64,000 nt of DNA from a virus. The stretch's first letter is position 1. Each line of letters opens with the position of its first letter. Location of the stretch: IMG/VR virus record IMGVR_UViG_3300042387_002331; one strand, given 5' to 3'. The position numbers and the translations under genes were made by a program. Of this stretch, positions 62,807 through 64,000 are shown piece by piece. The notes below the pieces were generated by a model. The model was not told where the DNA came from. It was given only the letters and a program-made list of their open reading frames with translations, and did not search any database.

Positions 62807-63430
62807 ATGAAAATTACATACGCAATCACAGTCTGTAACGAATTTATTGAAATTCAACGTTTAGTGAACTTTTTGCTTCGTCACAAACGCATACAAGACA
62901 ACATAGTGATTTTATTTGATGAAGCAAATGGTGACCCCGAAGTGGAAAGTTTTCTCCGCACCCACTCCATAAATGGAGAATTTTCATGGCACAAAGGAAA
63001 ATTTGATCGCCATTTCGCAGACTGGAAAAATAAATTGACCAGTTTGTGTAATGGTGATTACATTTTCCAGATTGATGCTGATGAGATACCTCATGAAAAT
63101 TTAATTAACAATTTACCTTATGTCTTAGAAAACAATCCACTTGTAGAAACGTTTACTATACCTAGAGTAAATACAGTAGAAGGTTTAACCCTAGAACATA
63201 TTCAAAAATGGAGATGGGGAGTAAATCAAGATGGTTGGGTAAATTGGCCTGATTTTCAAACCCGAATTTACAAAAACCGTCCTGAAATAAAATGGGTAAA
63301 TAAAGTACATGAAAGGCTTAGTGGTTATAAACAATTTGCTTACCTCCCAACAGAAGAAGAATGGGCTTTATATCATCCAAAAACTATTCAGAAACAAGAA
63401 AAACAAAATAATTTATACGATACGTTATGA
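62807..63430 (+). CDS. GT2-family glycosyltransferase
   Basis: ITVCNE, IDADE (DxD), PD.Q.R and VHE. Confidence 0.85.
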   Translation: MKITYAITVCNEFIEIQRLVNFLLRHKRIQDNIVILFDEANGDPEVESFLRTHSINGEFSWHKGKFDRHFADWKNKLTSLCNGDYIFQIDADEIPHENLINNLPYVLENNPLVETFTIPRVNTVEGLTLEHIQKWRWGVNQDGWVNWPDFQTRIYKNRPEIKWVNKVHERLSGYKQFAYLPTEEEWALYHPKTIQKQEKQNNLYDTL

Positions 63431-64000
63431 AAAATATCTTTTTAGATTGTGGAACTCATTTATGTGAAGGGTTAATCGATTTTTATAACAGAGGAATCAT
63501 TGATGATAGTTTTGAAATACACACATTTGAAGCTAATCCTGCTTGTAATATACATGAAAGAATTAAGCAATTACCACTTAATATAACACCTTATAATAAA
63601 GCAGTTTGGGTAGAAGATGGATTTGTAATTTTTAACCAAGAAAACCACCAAAAAAGCAAAACAGGCTCCCCTTCAGACGGATATTCAGATATTGATGGAT
63701 GGGGTTCCTCTATTAACGGAATAGGATTTAACCACCCAGGATATGATACACAAGTAAAAGTCCCCAGTGTAAATTTTTCCAATTTTATTTTACAATTTCC
63801 TGAAGATTCTAATATAATTTGCAAAATGGATATTGAAGGTAGTGAGTTTCAAGTTTTAAGGCATCTTATAAAAGAAAAAACTATCCTGAGAATAAAAGAG
63901 ATATACATTGAATTTCATGAAAGATTTATGCCTTCCGAATCTAAACATACAGTAGATGACTTAGTAAAAACCATTCAAAATATGGGAGTTAAAGTTAATA
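63427..64000 (+). CDS. FkbM-family methyltransferase (runs off the window; not in ORF track)
   Basis: Hand translation MKNIFLDCGTH..G...FEANP...NKAVW...KMDIEGSE...IEFH. Confidence 0.8.
   Translation, partial: MKNIFLDCGTHLCEGLIDFYNRGIIDDSFEIHTFEANPACNIHERIKQLPLNITPYNKAVWVEDGFVIFNQENHQKSKTGSPSDGYSDIDGWGSSINGIGFNHPGYDTQVKVPSVNFSNFILQFPEDSNIICKMDIEGSEFQVLRHLIKEKTILRIKEIYIEFHERFMPSESKHTVDDLVKTIQNMGVKVN

Overview
This is a 64 kb segment of a large, AT-rich lytic myovirus (contractile-tailed, T4-like gene repertoire), with every credible gene on the + strand. The host is very likely Bacteroidota: there are about 15 TTG-N20-TAnnTT promoters, no obvious Shine-Dalgarno sites, and a T9SS cargo gene. 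Gene order: (1) tail module with two sheaths, tube, a chaperone pair with a probable programmed frameshift, tape measure and baseplate; (2) replication/recombination (PolA-like, SSB, RecA-like, 5'-3' exonuclease, DnaB, NrdAB); (3) lysis; (4) fibre genes; (5) accessory genes (Smr, GH16, ThyX, SLT); (6) a 7-deazaguanine pathway (DpdA-like, QueC, QueD, QueE, FolE) followed by a MazG-like enzyme and PolB; (7) clamp, GroES/GroEL and clamp loader; (8) two HNH endonucleases, a Cas4-like nuclease, glycosyltransferases and a FkbM methyltransferase. The most striking unexplained pattern is a dispersed family of unrelated small proteins that share short leader or tail peptides ending in (L/I/V)xE or RAGIIK. 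They sit behind a late-type motif ATAT(T/G)TATAA, and several cassettes are closed by hairpins that double as the next host-sigma promoter. I interpret this as a possible cassette system of capsid-packaged, injected effectors. All calls come from motif recognition by eye; no database searches were run.
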